DNA of 64,000 nt from an uncultured cyanobacterium (lineage in GTDB: Bacteria; Cyanobacteriota; Cyanobacteriia; Cyanobacteriales; Nostocaceae). The notes below the pieces were generated by a model, which searched no databases, was not told the DNA's origin, and worked only from the letters and a program-made list of their open reading frames with translations. Below, in pieces: positions 33,878 to 44,397 of the stretch. The stretch is taken from NCBI GenBank assembly GCA_963706595.1, contig OY970166.1, positions 3,648,001 to 3,712,000 on the forward strand, given 5' to 3'. The position numbers were made by a program, and so were the translations under genes. Each line of letters begins with the position of its first letter. The stretch's first letter is position 1.

Positions 33878-34159
33878 ATGACTGATAAGGAAATTAAACA
33901 GTTAATGGAGAGTAATGCTAAGACTGTTCAGGCGATGTTGGATGAAATTGCTGATGCTCGTCAGGAACGTCAAGAATTGCGGGAGGGTATGGTACAACTC
34001 CAGAATGCTGTGGCAAAGTTGACTAATATACAGGAGTCTATCGCTAATTTGTTGGTTTCTTTGGATGGCGATCGCCCCACTATTTTGAAGAAACTCACGG
34101 CTATTGAGTGTAAGCTGGATCAGTTATTGCCAGAAGAATTAACAGATGAAGCTGAATAA
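33878..34159 (+). CDS. Hypothetical coiled-coil protein
   Basis: 93-aa heptad-rich ORF starting MTDKEIKQLMESNAK. Confidence 0.65.
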   Translation: MTDKEIKQLMESNAKTVQAMLDEIADARQERQELREGMVQLQNAVAKLTNIQESIANLLVSLDGDRPTILKKLTAIECKLDQLLPEELTDEAE

Positions 34160-34192
34160 TGTAACCTCACACGAGTTGGTGAGGCTATCTGC

Positions 34193-34555
34193 TTAATTTT
34201 CAATTAAAACGGTGACAGATGCTACTGCTATCAACATTTCATCATTTTTGTCGTTGAGTGAGGCGATCGCTCTTCCTTGTACTACCATTCCCCCGGATTC
34301 TACGGTTAAGCTTTTACGCCCAAAGGGTAGTACAGCTAGGACTTCTTCTTCTCTGACTTGTTCGGGATAAGGAACGGCGATTTGAACTTCTACAATCATT
34401 TCATTGGGATCGTTCAAACCTGCGACTTCCCAAACACCGGGTAAGGCGTTGTGTGCGATCGCATTACGCACGGCTCTTGCTGCTGCTACGGTGGGTTCTT
34501 GTCCGTGCTGATCTATTCCCATACCCATCTCAATAATTAAGCGTTTACGCGCCAC
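34193..34555 (-). CDS. Lin0512-family protein
   Basis: IEMGMGIDQHGQ..AAARAVRNAI, LPFG. Confidence 0.85.
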   Translation of the reverse strand: MARKRLIIEMGMGIDQHGQEPTVAAARAVRNAIAHNALPGVWEVAGLNDPNEMIVEVQIAVPYPEQVREEEVLAVLPFGRKSLTVESGGMVVQGRAIASLNDKNDEMLIAVASVTVLIEN

Positions 34556-34765
34556 AGCTACCTCCTAAAGATATTTCATTTCTCACTCTATCGGTCAACA
34601 TTTTATCTATTTTGCCGTTATTTATGTGACAATCTTAGGAGGAATAATTAAATTTAAAGCAAAATATTCACCTAAATAGGCTGCTGCGCTAAAATAGGGG
34701 CATTGGGGTAAAAATCTCTGCGAATAGTTTCAAGAAATGAACAATTTTTACCCAATTCAGTCACA

Positions 34766-35104
34766 ATGTCTCAAGAGCATAACGAATCAATCCAAATTCA
34801 GCAAATAGCTAGTCTGAAACCAAAACATTTTGCTGATTTAATTAGAGCCGCTCAGTTAATTTTTGACCCGGCTGCGGGACTTACAATTAGACAGGTAGAA
34901 GTTAACTGGCAAGATTTTGGCATTCCGAAAGATGTAGAACACAATCTCAAAGACCTGGGTTTGCACTATCAATATGCTTCTCCTCATATTCCTGGCGATG
35001 TTATTTGGAGTCAATTAACTCCTGAAACTAGAGTTTGGTTTCTGAATAATAAAGATGATTTGTGGCGGTTTGAGGAGGCTTTTCCGGCGCTAGATGAGGA
35101 CTAA
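34766..35104 (+). CDS. Conserved hypothetical protein
   Basis: 112-aa ORF with normal codon use. Confidence 0.7.
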   Translation: MSQEHNESIQIQQIASLKPKHFADLIRAAQLIFDPAAGLTIRQVEVNWQDFGIPKDVEHNLKDLGLHYQYASPHIPGDVIWSQLTPETRVWFLNNKDDLWRFEEAFPALDED

Positions 35105-35178
35105 CGCCGCTACGCGGAAATCAAAAGTCAAGCGACAGTTTAAGAGGTTGTTTGAAAAGTCAAATTTATTACAGCCCT

Positions 35179-35294
35179 GGCGACTAGAAGTTGCGGCTAT
35201 ACAAACTAAACCCGCCTGCGCGGGTTAAAAATCCCACTTTTTGATTAGTCCACGCAGGTGGACTTGGCCTGTGTAGTAGCGAATTATATTCGCC
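35179..35294. repeat. Palindromic MITE-like repeat (relatives at 58479-58593 and ~7370-7445)
   Basis: ggcgactagaagt..aaacccgcctgcgcgggtt..agtccacgcaggtggactt..cgcc. Confidence 0.75.
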
Positions 35295-35403
35295 CAAAAC
35301 TTTTCTGTGGTGGCGTGATCGAGTTCAAATAGTGCATTAATTTGGATGGAATTAAACGCTGATAAACGCTGATAAACGCCGATAAATTGTTTTTATTGAT
35401 GCA

Positions 35404-37080
35404 CTAGGTTAGTCTGATCACGCCAAGAATTAAATTATAAATTTCGCAGTTTAACTCATTAGCTTTTTGGCTAAAGCGGTGATTTTCGCGGTAGTCTACT
35501 GGACAATCAATGACAGCAGGTACATCTTGGGCGAGGGCTTCTTTAAGTATGGGGATGAAGTCTGTCGCCGATTCAACTCTGTAACCTTTTAAACCCATGC
35601 TTTCGGCTAATTTGACAAAATCAGGATTACCAAAATGGACAAAAGATGAATTACCTTTGCCAAATTGATTTTCTTGTTTCCACTCAATTAACCCATAGCC
35701 ACCATCGTTAAATATTAAGGTGACAAAGGGAGTACCAACTCGCAAGGCTGTTTCTAATTCCTGACAATTCATCATAAAGCCGCCGTCGCCAGTTACTGCT
35801 ACAACTTTGCGGTTAGGAGAAACCAGTTTTGCGGCTAAAGCACCAGGAATCGCAATCCCCATTGCTGCAAAACCATTAGAAATTAAGCAAGTATTTGGAC
35901 TATGGCAATGATAATGTCTGGCAATCCACATTTTATGTGCGCCAACATCAGAAATTACAATATCATCTGGTCCCATTACTTGCCGTAAGTCATAAATTAA
36001 TTTTTGCGGTTTAATGGGAAAACCATCATCATGAGCATACTCTTCGTAATCAGCACGAATATTTTCCCGCAAGCTGATAGCATAGGGATTGGGTTTACTC
36101 TGTCTATCTGCTAATTTTAAAATTTCATTCAGGGAATCGGAAATATCCCCCAATACTTCGACATTAGGAATATAACTGCTGTCAATTTCTGCCGAATTTG
36201 CTGCAATATGAATAATGGGAATATTGCCTTCTGGATTCCATTTTTTCGGGGAAAATTCGATTAAATCATAGCCAATAGCAATTACCAAATCTGTATGATC
36301 AAAACCACAGGTAATGAAATCTCTTTGCTGTAATCCCACTGACCATAAAGCCAAGGGATGAGTATAAGGAATTACGCCTTTACCCATGAATGTATTCACC
36401 ACAGGCATATTCATTTGGGTGGCAAATTGCGTAACTGCATCACTGGCATGAGCGCGAATTGCTCCATTACCTACTAAGATAATGGGGTTAACTGCTTGAG
36501 AAATTGCCGCGGCGGCTGCACGAATACAAGCAAAGGAAGCATAGCTTTTTTCGATGTTATCTTTTCGCAATGGCTTACCTTCTACAGGCATAGCAGCAAT
36601 ATTTTCTGGCAAATCGATGTGAACTGCACCGGGTTTTTCAGTTTGCGATCGCTTGAATGCTTTGCGGACTACTTCTGGTGTAATACTAGGTCTAACAATC
36701 TGTTTATTCCACTTAGTAACTGGGGCAAACATTGCCACCAAATCCAAATATTGATGGGATTCGATGTGCATTCTATCTGTTCCCACTTGACCTGTAATTG
36801 CTACTAATGGCGCACCATCTAGGTTAGCATCTGCTACTCCAGTCATTAAGTTTGTCGCCCCAGGTCCAAGAGTAGAAAGACAGACTCCAGCTTTTCCAGT
36901 CAAACGTCCGTAGACATCCGCCATGAATGCTGCGCCCTGTTCATGACGCGTAGTAATAAATTTAATGGAAGAATGTTTTAGTGCTTCTAAAACGTGTAGG
37001 TTTTCTTCACCAGGAAGACCAAAAACATATTGTACCCCTTCATTTTCCAGACACTGCACCAACAATTCAGCTGTATTCAT
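35404..37080 (-). CDS. TPP enzyme of the acetolactate synthase family; likely 2-oxoglutarate decarboxylase
   Basis: RHEQGAAFMAD, GDGGFMMN TPP motif; adjacent to SSADH as in the cyanobacterial TCA bypass. Confidence 0.85.
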   Translation of the reverse strand: MNTAELLVQCLENEGVQYVFGLPGEENLHVLEALKHSSIKFITTRHEQGAAFMADVYGRLTGKAGVCLSTLGPGATNLMTGVADANLDGAPLVAITGQVGTDRMHIESHQYLDLVAMFAPVTKWNKQIVRPSITPEVVRKAFKRSQTEKPGAVHIDLPENIAAMPVEGKPLRKDNIEKSYASFACIRAAAAAISQAVNPIILVGNGAIRAHASDAVTQFATQMNMPVVNTFMGKGVIPYTHPLALWSVGLQQRDFITCGFDHTDLVIAIGYDLIEFSPKKWNPEGNIPIIHIAANSAEIDSSYIPNVEVLGDISDSLNEILKLADRQSKPNPYAISLRENIRADYEEYAHDDGFPIKPQKLIYDLRQVMGPDDIVISDVGAHKMWIARHYHCHSPNTCLISNGFAAMGIAIPGALAAKLVSPNRKVVAVTGDGGFMMNCQELETALRVGTPFVTLIFNDGGYGLIEWKQENQFGKGNSSFVHFGNPDFVKLAESMGLKGYRVESATDFIPILKEALAQDVPAVIDCPVDYRENHRFSQKANELNCEIYNLILGVIRLT

Positions 37081-37199
37081 TTGATTTCCTCACTGGTTAT
37101 AAATTAAGACGGGAGTGGGGATTGGTTGGTCAGGGCGGGTTTACTAATATCGTCGTTGATATTAAATGATATCTATGAACCCGCCCCTACTGGGTATTG

Positions 37200-38567
37200 T
37201 CACTGCACCCACACGGTTTTAAGATTGACAAATTCATGTATACCTTGAATACTCAATTCTCTGCCGTATCCAGAACGCTTGATGCCACCAAAGGGTAAGC
37301 GGGGGTCGGATTTAACCATGCTGTTGATAAATACAGCACCTGCTTCGATTTCGGCAATCAGGCGATCGCGTTCTTGGTCGTTAGTTGTCCAAGCACTTGC
37401 ACCCAAGCCAAAAGGTGTAGCATTAGCTAATTGAATCGCGGCGTTAATATCTGGTACACGGAATAATAATGCCACTGGACCAAAGAATTCTTCCTGTGCG
37501 ATCGCACTATCTAGAGGAATATCTGTAATAATCGTCGGCGGGTAAAAGTTGCCGGGACGATCTGCGAAAGGATGTCCACCAGTGAGGACTTTACCGCCAC
37601 TTTTAACGGCTGTTTGTACTTGTTGATGTAAATCTTGGAGAAGATCAGGGGTTGCTAGTCGGCCTAAATCAGTATCTGGTTGCATGGGATCGCCAACTTT
37701 CAGCGCCTGAAATTTATCTAAAAGTAGCTTTTCAAATTCAGGTGCGATCGCCTCTGCAATAATAAACCGTTTCGCTGCTATACATGATTGCCCATTATTC
37801 AACATCCTGGCGGAAGTAGCTGTAGCAACTGCGGTCTCTAAATCAGCGCTTTCTAAAACAATAAACGGGTCACTACCTCCCAATTCCAAAACAGTTTTTT
37901 TAATTTGTTTCCCAGCAACAGAGGCGAGGGATGCACCCGCGGGTTCGCTTCCAGTTAAGGTAGCAGCTTTTACCCGGTCATCAGCCATGATATCGGCAAC
38001 TTTAGCCGCACCGATTAATAGTGTTTGAAAAGCGCCTTCAGGAAAACCAGCCCGGTGAATAATATCTGCAATTGCCAAAGCGCACTGCGGCACATTAGAA
38101 GCGTGTTTAAGTAAGCCGACGTTGCCCGCCATCAGCGTTGGTGCGGCAAAACGAAAGACTTGCCAGAAGGGGAAATTCCACGGCATTACAGCCAAAATTA
38201 CGCCCATAGGATGATAGCGCACAAAGCTTTGGCTGGCATCGGTTTTGATTGTCACATCAGCGAGAAAACTCGGTGCGTGTTCGGCGTAATAGTTACAAAC
38301 CAGGGCGCATTTTTCGACTTCTGCGACCGCGGCTTTATAGGTCTTGCCCATTTCCAGGGTCATGATTTTAGCAAAATCGGCTTTTTCTTGCTGTAAAATT
38401 ATTGCAGCTTTTTCTAGCCATTGCGATCGCGCAGAAAAACTCGTCTTACGGTACTGTTCAAAAGTCTGACCAGCCAAATCCAGTTTAGAGGCAATCTCTG
38501 CATCCTTGAGTGGCTCAAAGATTTTGATCGTCTCCCCAGTGGCGGGATTAATGGTGGCGATAGCCAT
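37200..38567 (-). CDS. gabD: Succinate-semialdehyde dehydrogenase
   Basis: MAIATINPATGE, PWNFP, LELGGSD, GQSC, EEFFGP. Confidence 0.9.
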   Translation of the reverse strand: MAIATINPATGETIKIFEPLKDAEIASKLDLAGQTFEQYRKTSFSARSQWLEKAAIILQQEKADFAKIMTLEMGKTYKAAVAEVEKCALVCNYYAEHAPSFLADVTIKTDASQSFVRYHPMGVILAVMPWNFPFWQVFRFAAPTLMAGNVGLLKHASNVPQCALAIADIIHRAGFPEGAFQTLLIGAAKVADIMADDRVKAATLTGSEPAGASLASVAGKQIKKTVLELGGSDPFIVLESADLETAVATATSARMLNNGQSCIAAKRFIIAEAIAPEFEKLLLDKFQALKVGDPMQPDTDLGRLATPDLLQDLHQQVQTAVKSGGKVLTGGHPFADRPGNFYPPTIITDIPLDSAIAQEEFFGPVALLFRVPDINAAIQLANATPFGLGASAWTTNDQERDRLIAEIEAGAVFINSMVKSDPRLPFGGIKRSGYGRELSIQGIHEFVNLKTVWVQ

Positions 38568-39381
38568 TGCCTGACCTCCCGTTAAAATAGCTTGAGGTAG
38601 CTTCCTAGTGTTACACAGATTAATTGCGGAAGCTATACCCAAATTTTAGTCTTTTGCTGAAGTTAAATATTTTTTTACTTAAAAACTGCAATTATTTTTA
38701 TATTTAAATATACTTGGTTTCTCAGTAAATTTTACGTAATTCAATACATTAAAAAACGGCATCTTGGTCTCTCTGGCTTCTCTGGAAAAGGGATAAAACC
38801 TAAAACGCTGTCTTTTCAATAAATCATCATTGATTAATCCCTTAGCACTGGTGAGAGGAGAAACTGTTTTGTCAGAAAAAATTAATAATAACTACTTTAG
38901 GACTCACCCACAAAACCCCTCAAACTCTTATTCCTCAGTGTACTGTGTGCCTCTGTGGTATGCGCTACGCAAACGCTTTAGCGATACGTTTTTTCTAAAT
39001 ATTTCTGGGGCGCAGGTGATTACGCCCTTGAGAATTAAAATATTGAACTTCACCCCCAGCCCCTCTCCTTGGTGAGAAGAGGGGAAACTTTGAGGAGTTA
39101 AATAATCTTAGCGGAACGTAAACCAAACAGTAGACCTACGGCTACGCCCATGAAAATTGCCAAAAAGGCGATATAAGCTATGACTCCAAACATTTCTCTT
39201 TCTCCACAATACTTAACTAATCTATTGAATCACGGGGAATGGGCAATGGGGAATGGGGCTTTGAGCATGGGAGTAGAAAAATATTGCTTCATCTCCCTGA
39301 TTTTTCCCATATTCTTCATCACCCGTAACTCCCCACATTGCGATAGAATACAGCCCACGGGCGCTTATTTGGGTTTAGGCA

Positions 39382-40473
39382 ATGACTTCTGTAATTAATG
39401 TAAATCTACCGCAGCAGTCTTATGAGATTGCGATCGCACCTTCAAGCTTAGACCAATTGGGTCAAAAAATGGCTAGTTTGAATCTAGGCAAAAAGGTTTT
39501 AGTTGTTTCTAATCCCAGTATTTTTAAGCATTACAGCGAAGCAGCGATAGAATCTCTGATATCGGCTGGTTTTGAAGTAGCTAGTTACAACCTCCCACCA
39601 GGGGAACGCTACAAAACCCTCAACTCTATTCAAAAACTCTACGATATTGCTTTAGAAAACCGCCTAGAACGTTCTTCTACAATGGTGGCCTTGGGGGGAG
39701 GCGTAATTGGTGATATGACAGGCTTTGCTGCCGCCACTTGGCTACGAGGCATTAATGTCGTGCAAGTACCTACCACTCTGTTAGCAATGGTAGATTCGGC
39801 AATTGGTGGCAAAACTGGTGTCAATCATCCCCAGGGCAAAAATTTAATTGGGGCTTTTCATCAGCCACGTTTAGTATTAATTAGCCCAGAAACTCTGAAA
39901 ACTCTGCCTATGCGTGAATTCCGCGCCGGAATGGCAGAGGTGATTAAATACGGTGTGATTTGGGATGCTGAATTATTTGCCGAGATGGAAGCAAGTAAAC
40001 ATCTCAATCAACTCCGCTATATAAAACCAGAATTTATAGAATACATATTAACCCGTTCTTGTCAAGCTAAAGCCGATGTCGTGGGGAAAGATGAAAAAGA
40101 AGGCGGACTACGGGCGATTCTCAATTATGGCCACACCATTGGTCACGCCGTAGAAAGCTTAACAGGTTATCGTTTACTCAAGCATGGGGAAGCCGTGGCT
40201 ATTGGCATGGTAGCAGCCGGACAGATTGCGGTGGAACTAGGAATGTGGCAACAGGAAGAAACAGAACGGCAAAATGACCTCATTCAAAAAGCGGGTTTAC
40301 CAACTCAGCTACCACAAGGTATAGATATTGAAGCAATTATTGATGCGTTGCAATTAGATAAGAAAGTCAAAGCAGGTAAAGTCAGGTTTGTTTTACCGAC
40401 ACAAATAGGTGCAGTGACAGTTACCGATGAAGTGCCAACTGAGACTATCCGGCGGGTATTACAGAAAATGTAA
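39382..40473 (+). CDS. aroB: 3-dehydroquinate synthase
   Basis: [36 protein letters not shown]. Confidence 0.97.
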   Translation: MTSVINVNLPQQSYEIAIAPSSLDQLGQKMASLNLGKKVLVVSNPSIFKHYSEAAIESLISAGFEVASYNLPPGERYKTLNSIQKLYDIALENRLERSSTMVALGGGVIGDMTGFAAATWLRGINVVQVPTTLLAMVDSAIGGKTGVNHPQGKNLIGAFHQPRLVLISPETLKTLPMREFRAGMAEVIKYGVIWDAELFAEMEASKHLNQLRYIKPEFIEYILTRSCQAKADVVGKDEKEGGLRAILNYGHTIGHAVESLTGYRLLKHGEAVAIGMVAAGQIAVELGMWQQEETERQNDLIQKAGLPTQLPQGIDIEAIIDALQLDKKVKAGKVRFVLPTQIGAVTVTDEVPTETIRRVLQKM

Positions 40474-40500
40474 TTCGTAATTCACTTTTATTAATTTGAA

Positions 40501-41283
40501 TTACTTAATCTTTTGCCCGACAATAATCAATGAATAGGAACCATCTACATCTTCAACTGTTGGATAAGCAATCAGATAAGAGAGGTGACGAATAATTTCT
40601 GGGAAACTTAAGTAGGAATATTCTCCTAATCGTTGTTGAATTGAGCGATTTCGTAAAAGCTGAGTTTCCCGCTTAAATAAAATGTTTGACCAAGCTTGAC
40701 CAACTCGATAGTTCACTTTCAAACCATTGAATTCAAGTAAGCGAGAAAGGGATTGATAGCTAAAAAACTGTTTATGACAAGAATTTGTGGGTAAGCCGGC
40801 ATCGTCGCGAGGTTCGTATAAAACATTAGGAACCGAGCAAATTAGAAATCCTCCCGGTGACAAAAGTTGAGAAAATTGCTCTAACACACTGCTAGGATTA
40901 ATTAAATGTTCCAATGTTTCAAAACTGACGATAGCATCAATAGTTGGGTGAGTTTTATCGGCTAATAAACCAGATTGATCTAAATTATGTTGAATCAATC
41001 TAGTTTGAGAATTATTACACTGCTGTGCTGCTTGTTTTAGCAGTTCTGAATTTCCATCTACACCGATTACTAAATCAGCAACTCTTTCTAGTTCGTGTAT
41101 TCCATAGCCCACCCCACAAGCAATGTCAGCAATGCAGGTAAGATGAAATTGACGGAGGTAATCGGCGGCAAATAAATAACGTCCTAAATGCTCAATTTTA
41201 ACCCATAAATTCTTGTCTGTTTGATCAAATGGATTTATACAATCTTCTCCAAAATCGAGGTTAGTGTTGATTTTTTCTGGCAA
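40501..41283 (-). CDS. Class I SAM-dependent methyltransferase
   Basis: EHLGRY, DIACGVGYG, SFETLEH, PGGFLICSVPN. Confidence 0.85.
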   Translation of the reverse strand: MPEKINTNLDFGEDCINPFDQTDKNLWVKIEHLGRYLFAADYLRQFHLTCIADIACGVGYGIHELERVADLVIGVDGNSELLKQAAQQCNNSQTRLIQHNLDQSGLLADKTHPTIDAIVSFETLEHLINPSSVLEQFSQLLSPGGFLICSVPNVLYEPRDDAGLPTNSCHKQFFSYQSLSRLLEFNGLKVNYRVGQAWSNILFKRETQLLRNRSIQQRLGEYSYLSFPEIIRHLSYLIAYPTVEDVDGSYSLIIVGQKIK

Positions 41284-41671
41284 AATGTTTTCTTTGATTT
41301 GAACATCAATGATAGCAATTCAGATAAGTAAAAATGTGATTAATGAGCTATCACGTTAATCAGTTTTTCTGGAACATTCTGCGCGAACGGTTTCGTAAAA
41401 GCATCATCATAGGCAAAGATTTGACGCAATTTCGGTTCAGCTTCTAATTGGTACTCAGATTCAGTTAAAGTTCGCATAGAATAAATTTGATCACAGTTGT
41501 TCAAATTTTCTAGTACAGGACAATGTAAATAGCACAACTATTTACATTTCCATCTTACCTTTTATTTACGCAAAAACTTTTCAAACCCTGATTCTTCTGT
41601 GCTTAATGTGGTTCATTTTTATCGGACTTATGCGTAAATTACGTATATTTTGCAACATTTAAAATACGCGT

Positions 41672-42154
41672 TTAGAAAGTAGGACTGTGTTCTGAATCCC
41701 AACATTTGTCTTCATTCCAAATTCGATCAGTTCGTTCGCATTCAAATTGATTATTAATCCAAGGAATCGACGTAGGGTAGGGCGACGAGGTGGGTACGGA
41801 AGAAATTGAGGACAATACTAGTGTAAAGAGAGCAAGACTAGAAACTATAAATATAATTAAAAGTCCTAATAATAATAAGATATTAATAGGGTTACGCAAA
41901 GGATACATACCTTTTTTATAATGCAAACACTGTTTTGAACGACGTTCTTTACCTGCTAATACAACCATATAAAACTTTGATCTGAAAATGGGCAATGAAA
42001 CTCTTATGCTTAAAAAATGACGATTGTGACTATGAGATTCACAAGCAGTTTTTAGGGCTTGTATTTGCTCATGAGTTAAGGTTTTTTTAACTTCCGGAGA
42101 TATTTTATGATAAAATTGCTCAAAGCTAGGATGAAAACACTGTGAGTTTTTCAT
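41672..42154 (-). CDS. Hypothetical membrane protein
   Basis: IRVSLP..FYMVVLAGKERR, one TM, C-terminal Cys/Trp motif. Confidence 0.7.
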   Translation of the reverse strand: MKNSQCFHPSFEQFYHKISPEVKKTLTHEQIQALKTACESHSHNRHFLSIRVSLPIFRSKFYMVVLAGKERRSKQCLHYKKGMYPLRNPINILLLLGLLIIFIVSSLALFTLVLSSISSVPTSSPYPTSIPWINNQFECERTDRIWNEDKCWDSEHSPTF

Positions 42155-42487
42155 GTGGACAGTAATTCATTATTATTTAAAAAATGTGTTGGTAAATTCA
42201 CCCCATAAAACAATATTTGTTTTGCAAGTAATTAGCTATTTAATATTAGCATTAAACTAGATTTTTATTTATATTAATAGTGTAAAGTTGATGAAAACTT
42301 AGTATCAATTTGATGAAATTTGTTCTTTAAATTCCAGCAATAACCATTAGTGAGTGAGTCTTTTTGATAATCAAAAACTGTAACTCCTATCTTTAGTCCA
42401 CTAATTTGTTAAAAAATGCCCGCTAAAAAAACTATTATTTCCTAAATTTTGCAGTACAACCCAAACCTTTTGGAGAAGTTGCAAGAC

Positions 42488-42600
42488 GCTAGTACCGCAA
42501 GGCGGAAGTCAAAAGTCAAAAGTCAAAAGTCAAAAAGCTTATAAAATGGGCTTTTCATGGATTTTGAATGGTCTGTTTATTTACACCGACTTGTACTAGC
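42488..42600. repeat. MITE-like element with GCTAGTAC termini and internal (AGTCAAA)n
   Basis: gctagtac...gtactagc; partial relatives at ~7295 and ~35110. Confidence 0.65.
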
Positions 42601-42650
42601 TAACGAACTAAGGATTCACAAACTAGTTTACAAATAAGTTACACACCCCG

Positions 42651-43571
42651 TTACAGTCGATTTTCCATGCCGGCATTACCTTGCAACCCGCCTGTATGTA
42701 CTAGTAACAGGCGATCGCCCTTTTGAAAAAATTTAGATTGTATTAAATCCATTACACCATAAAACATCTTTACAGTATATACGTAATCCAGAGATAAATC
42801 GTGTTTCTCACTACATTGCTTGCTGAATATTAGCAGCTTATCAGTAACCTTTGCATAACCACCAAAGTGATAATCACACATTAATTCCCACGGTGCTAGA
42901 TAGTTACTTGGTGCAGGTAGCCCAGAGTCCAGATAATTCTTCAGCAAATTGGCGATTTCCTGGGCGAGGAATTCCCCCCTTTTCAGCACGGGAAAACCAA
43001 TTACTCGTTTTCTGGGATTGAGCGAAAGTGCAATACCAGCTAGTGTCGTACCTGTACCACAAGCCAAGCAGATAGTATCAAATTTCTCTGCATCGCCAAC
43101 TATTTCTGTACAGCCGCGCACGCCATTCAAATTGCTACCACCTTCAGGAATGATGAACACGTCACCGAAACGTTGTCTTAAGTCTTCGTGTAATTCTTGT
43201 GTGTGCTTTTGTCGGTAAGCCTCGCGATTGAGATAGACAAGCTGCATTCCTTGCTGTACAGCAAAACTCAGTGTGGGGTTGAGTGGTAATCTTTCTTCTC
43301 CACGAATCACCCCAATGGTGCGGAAGCCGAAGAGATTGCCGGCGGCGGCTGTAGCAAAGATATGATTAGAATAAGCTCCCCCAAAGGTCAGCAGAGTTGT
43401 CAAATTTTGCTGCTTGGCTGACAAAAGGTTATATTTTAGCTTAAACCACTTGTTACCGTTAACTAGCGGGTGCATAGAATCGAGGCGTAGCACAGACAAT
43501 TCCACACCAGCGCGGTGGGAAATCTCGTTTTCTATGTGCTGGGTAAAAGGCGGAAGAAAGGGTGAATACAT
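42651..43571 (-). CDS. ACC deaminase / D-cysteine desulfhydrase family PLP enzyme
   Basis: GNKWFKL, FGGAYSNH, GTGTT, HTGGLQG. Confidence 0.9.
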   Translation of the reverse strand: MYSPFLPPFTQHIENEISHRAGVELSVLRLDSMHPLVNGNKWFKLKYNLLSAKQQNLTTLLTFGGAYSNHIFATAAAGNLFGFRTIGVIRGEERLPLNPTLSFAVQQGMQLVYLNREAYRQKHTQELHEDLRQRFGDVFIIPEGGSNLNGVRGCTEIVGDAEKFDTICLACGTGTTLAGIALSLNPRKRVIGFPVLKRGEFLAQEIANLLKNYLDSGLPAPSNYLAPWELMCDYHFGGYAKVTDKLLIFSKQCSEKHDLSLDYVYTVKMFYGVMDLIQSKFFQKGDRLLLVHTGGLQGNAGMENRL

Positions 43572-43789
43572 AGGGGAAAAATTTACGCACCAGGCGCACC
43601 AGGCGCAGAGGAGAGATAGTTTTATTCTCTAGTCTTGCTTGATTGCCAGCTAAGAAATAGGCTGAGAATATATAGCAGTTTCATGGAGATGAAGTTCGGA
43701 TTTATCTGGGTTCATCTGTGGTTCATTATTCTTTGTACTACACTCACTTGCAAACTGGTGTAGATATTTGCCAAATAATCTCAATGTCT

Positions 43790-44341
43790 ATGGCTAAAGT
43801 TTTTGACTTTATTACTGAAGAACTGCAAAACTTCATTACTAACCAACACATTTTTTTTGTTGGTTCTGCACCCCTGAGTGCTACAGGTCACGTTAATCTT
43901 TCTCCCAAGGGGTTGGAGTGTTTTCGCATCCTTTCGGCTCATCAAGTCGCTTACCTGGATCTTACAGGTAGCGGCAACGAAGTTTCAGCCCATTTGCAAG
44001 AAAATAGGCGCATCACTTTGATGTTCTGTGCCTTCGAGGAACCGCCGTGTATTCTGCGCCTCTACGGTCAGGGATACACAATTCTACCAAATTCGCCAGA
44101 CTGGGAAACTTTGTACTGTTTATTTCCGCAGATCCCAGGAACTCGTCAAATTATTGTAGCTGATATTGAGCGCGTGCAAACTTCCTGTGGTTTGGGTGTA
44201 CCACTTTATGAATATCAAGGTCAGAGGCAATCTTTAGTTAACTGGGCAAGTAAAAAAGGTGAACAGGGAATCCAAGAATATCAACAGCAAAAAAATATTG
44301 TCAGTATTGATGGTTTATCAACTCCATTGAGTAAAAATTGA
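43790..44341 (+). CDS. Pyridoxamine 5'-phosphate oxidase family protein
   Basis: GHVNLSPKG, LDLTGSGNE, QTSCG. Confidence 0.88.
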   Translation: MAKVFDFITEELQNFITNQHIFFVGSAPLSATGHVNLSPKGLECFRILSAHQVAYLDLTGSGNEVSAHLQENRRITLMFCAFEEPPCILRLYGQGYTILPNSPDWETLYCLFPQIPGTRQIIVADIERVQTSCGLGVPLYEYQGQRQSLVNWASKKGEQGIQEYQQQKNIVSIDGLSTPLSKN

Positions 44342-44397
44342 GAACATCTGCAATCTTTTCATTACCATCAACATCTAAAATTAATTGGGATAAATTC

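Noticed and set aside
38830..39398. 81-aa and 72-aa ORFs between gabD and aroB
   Set aside because: Built from decayed REP, MITE and STRR repeats; no protein features
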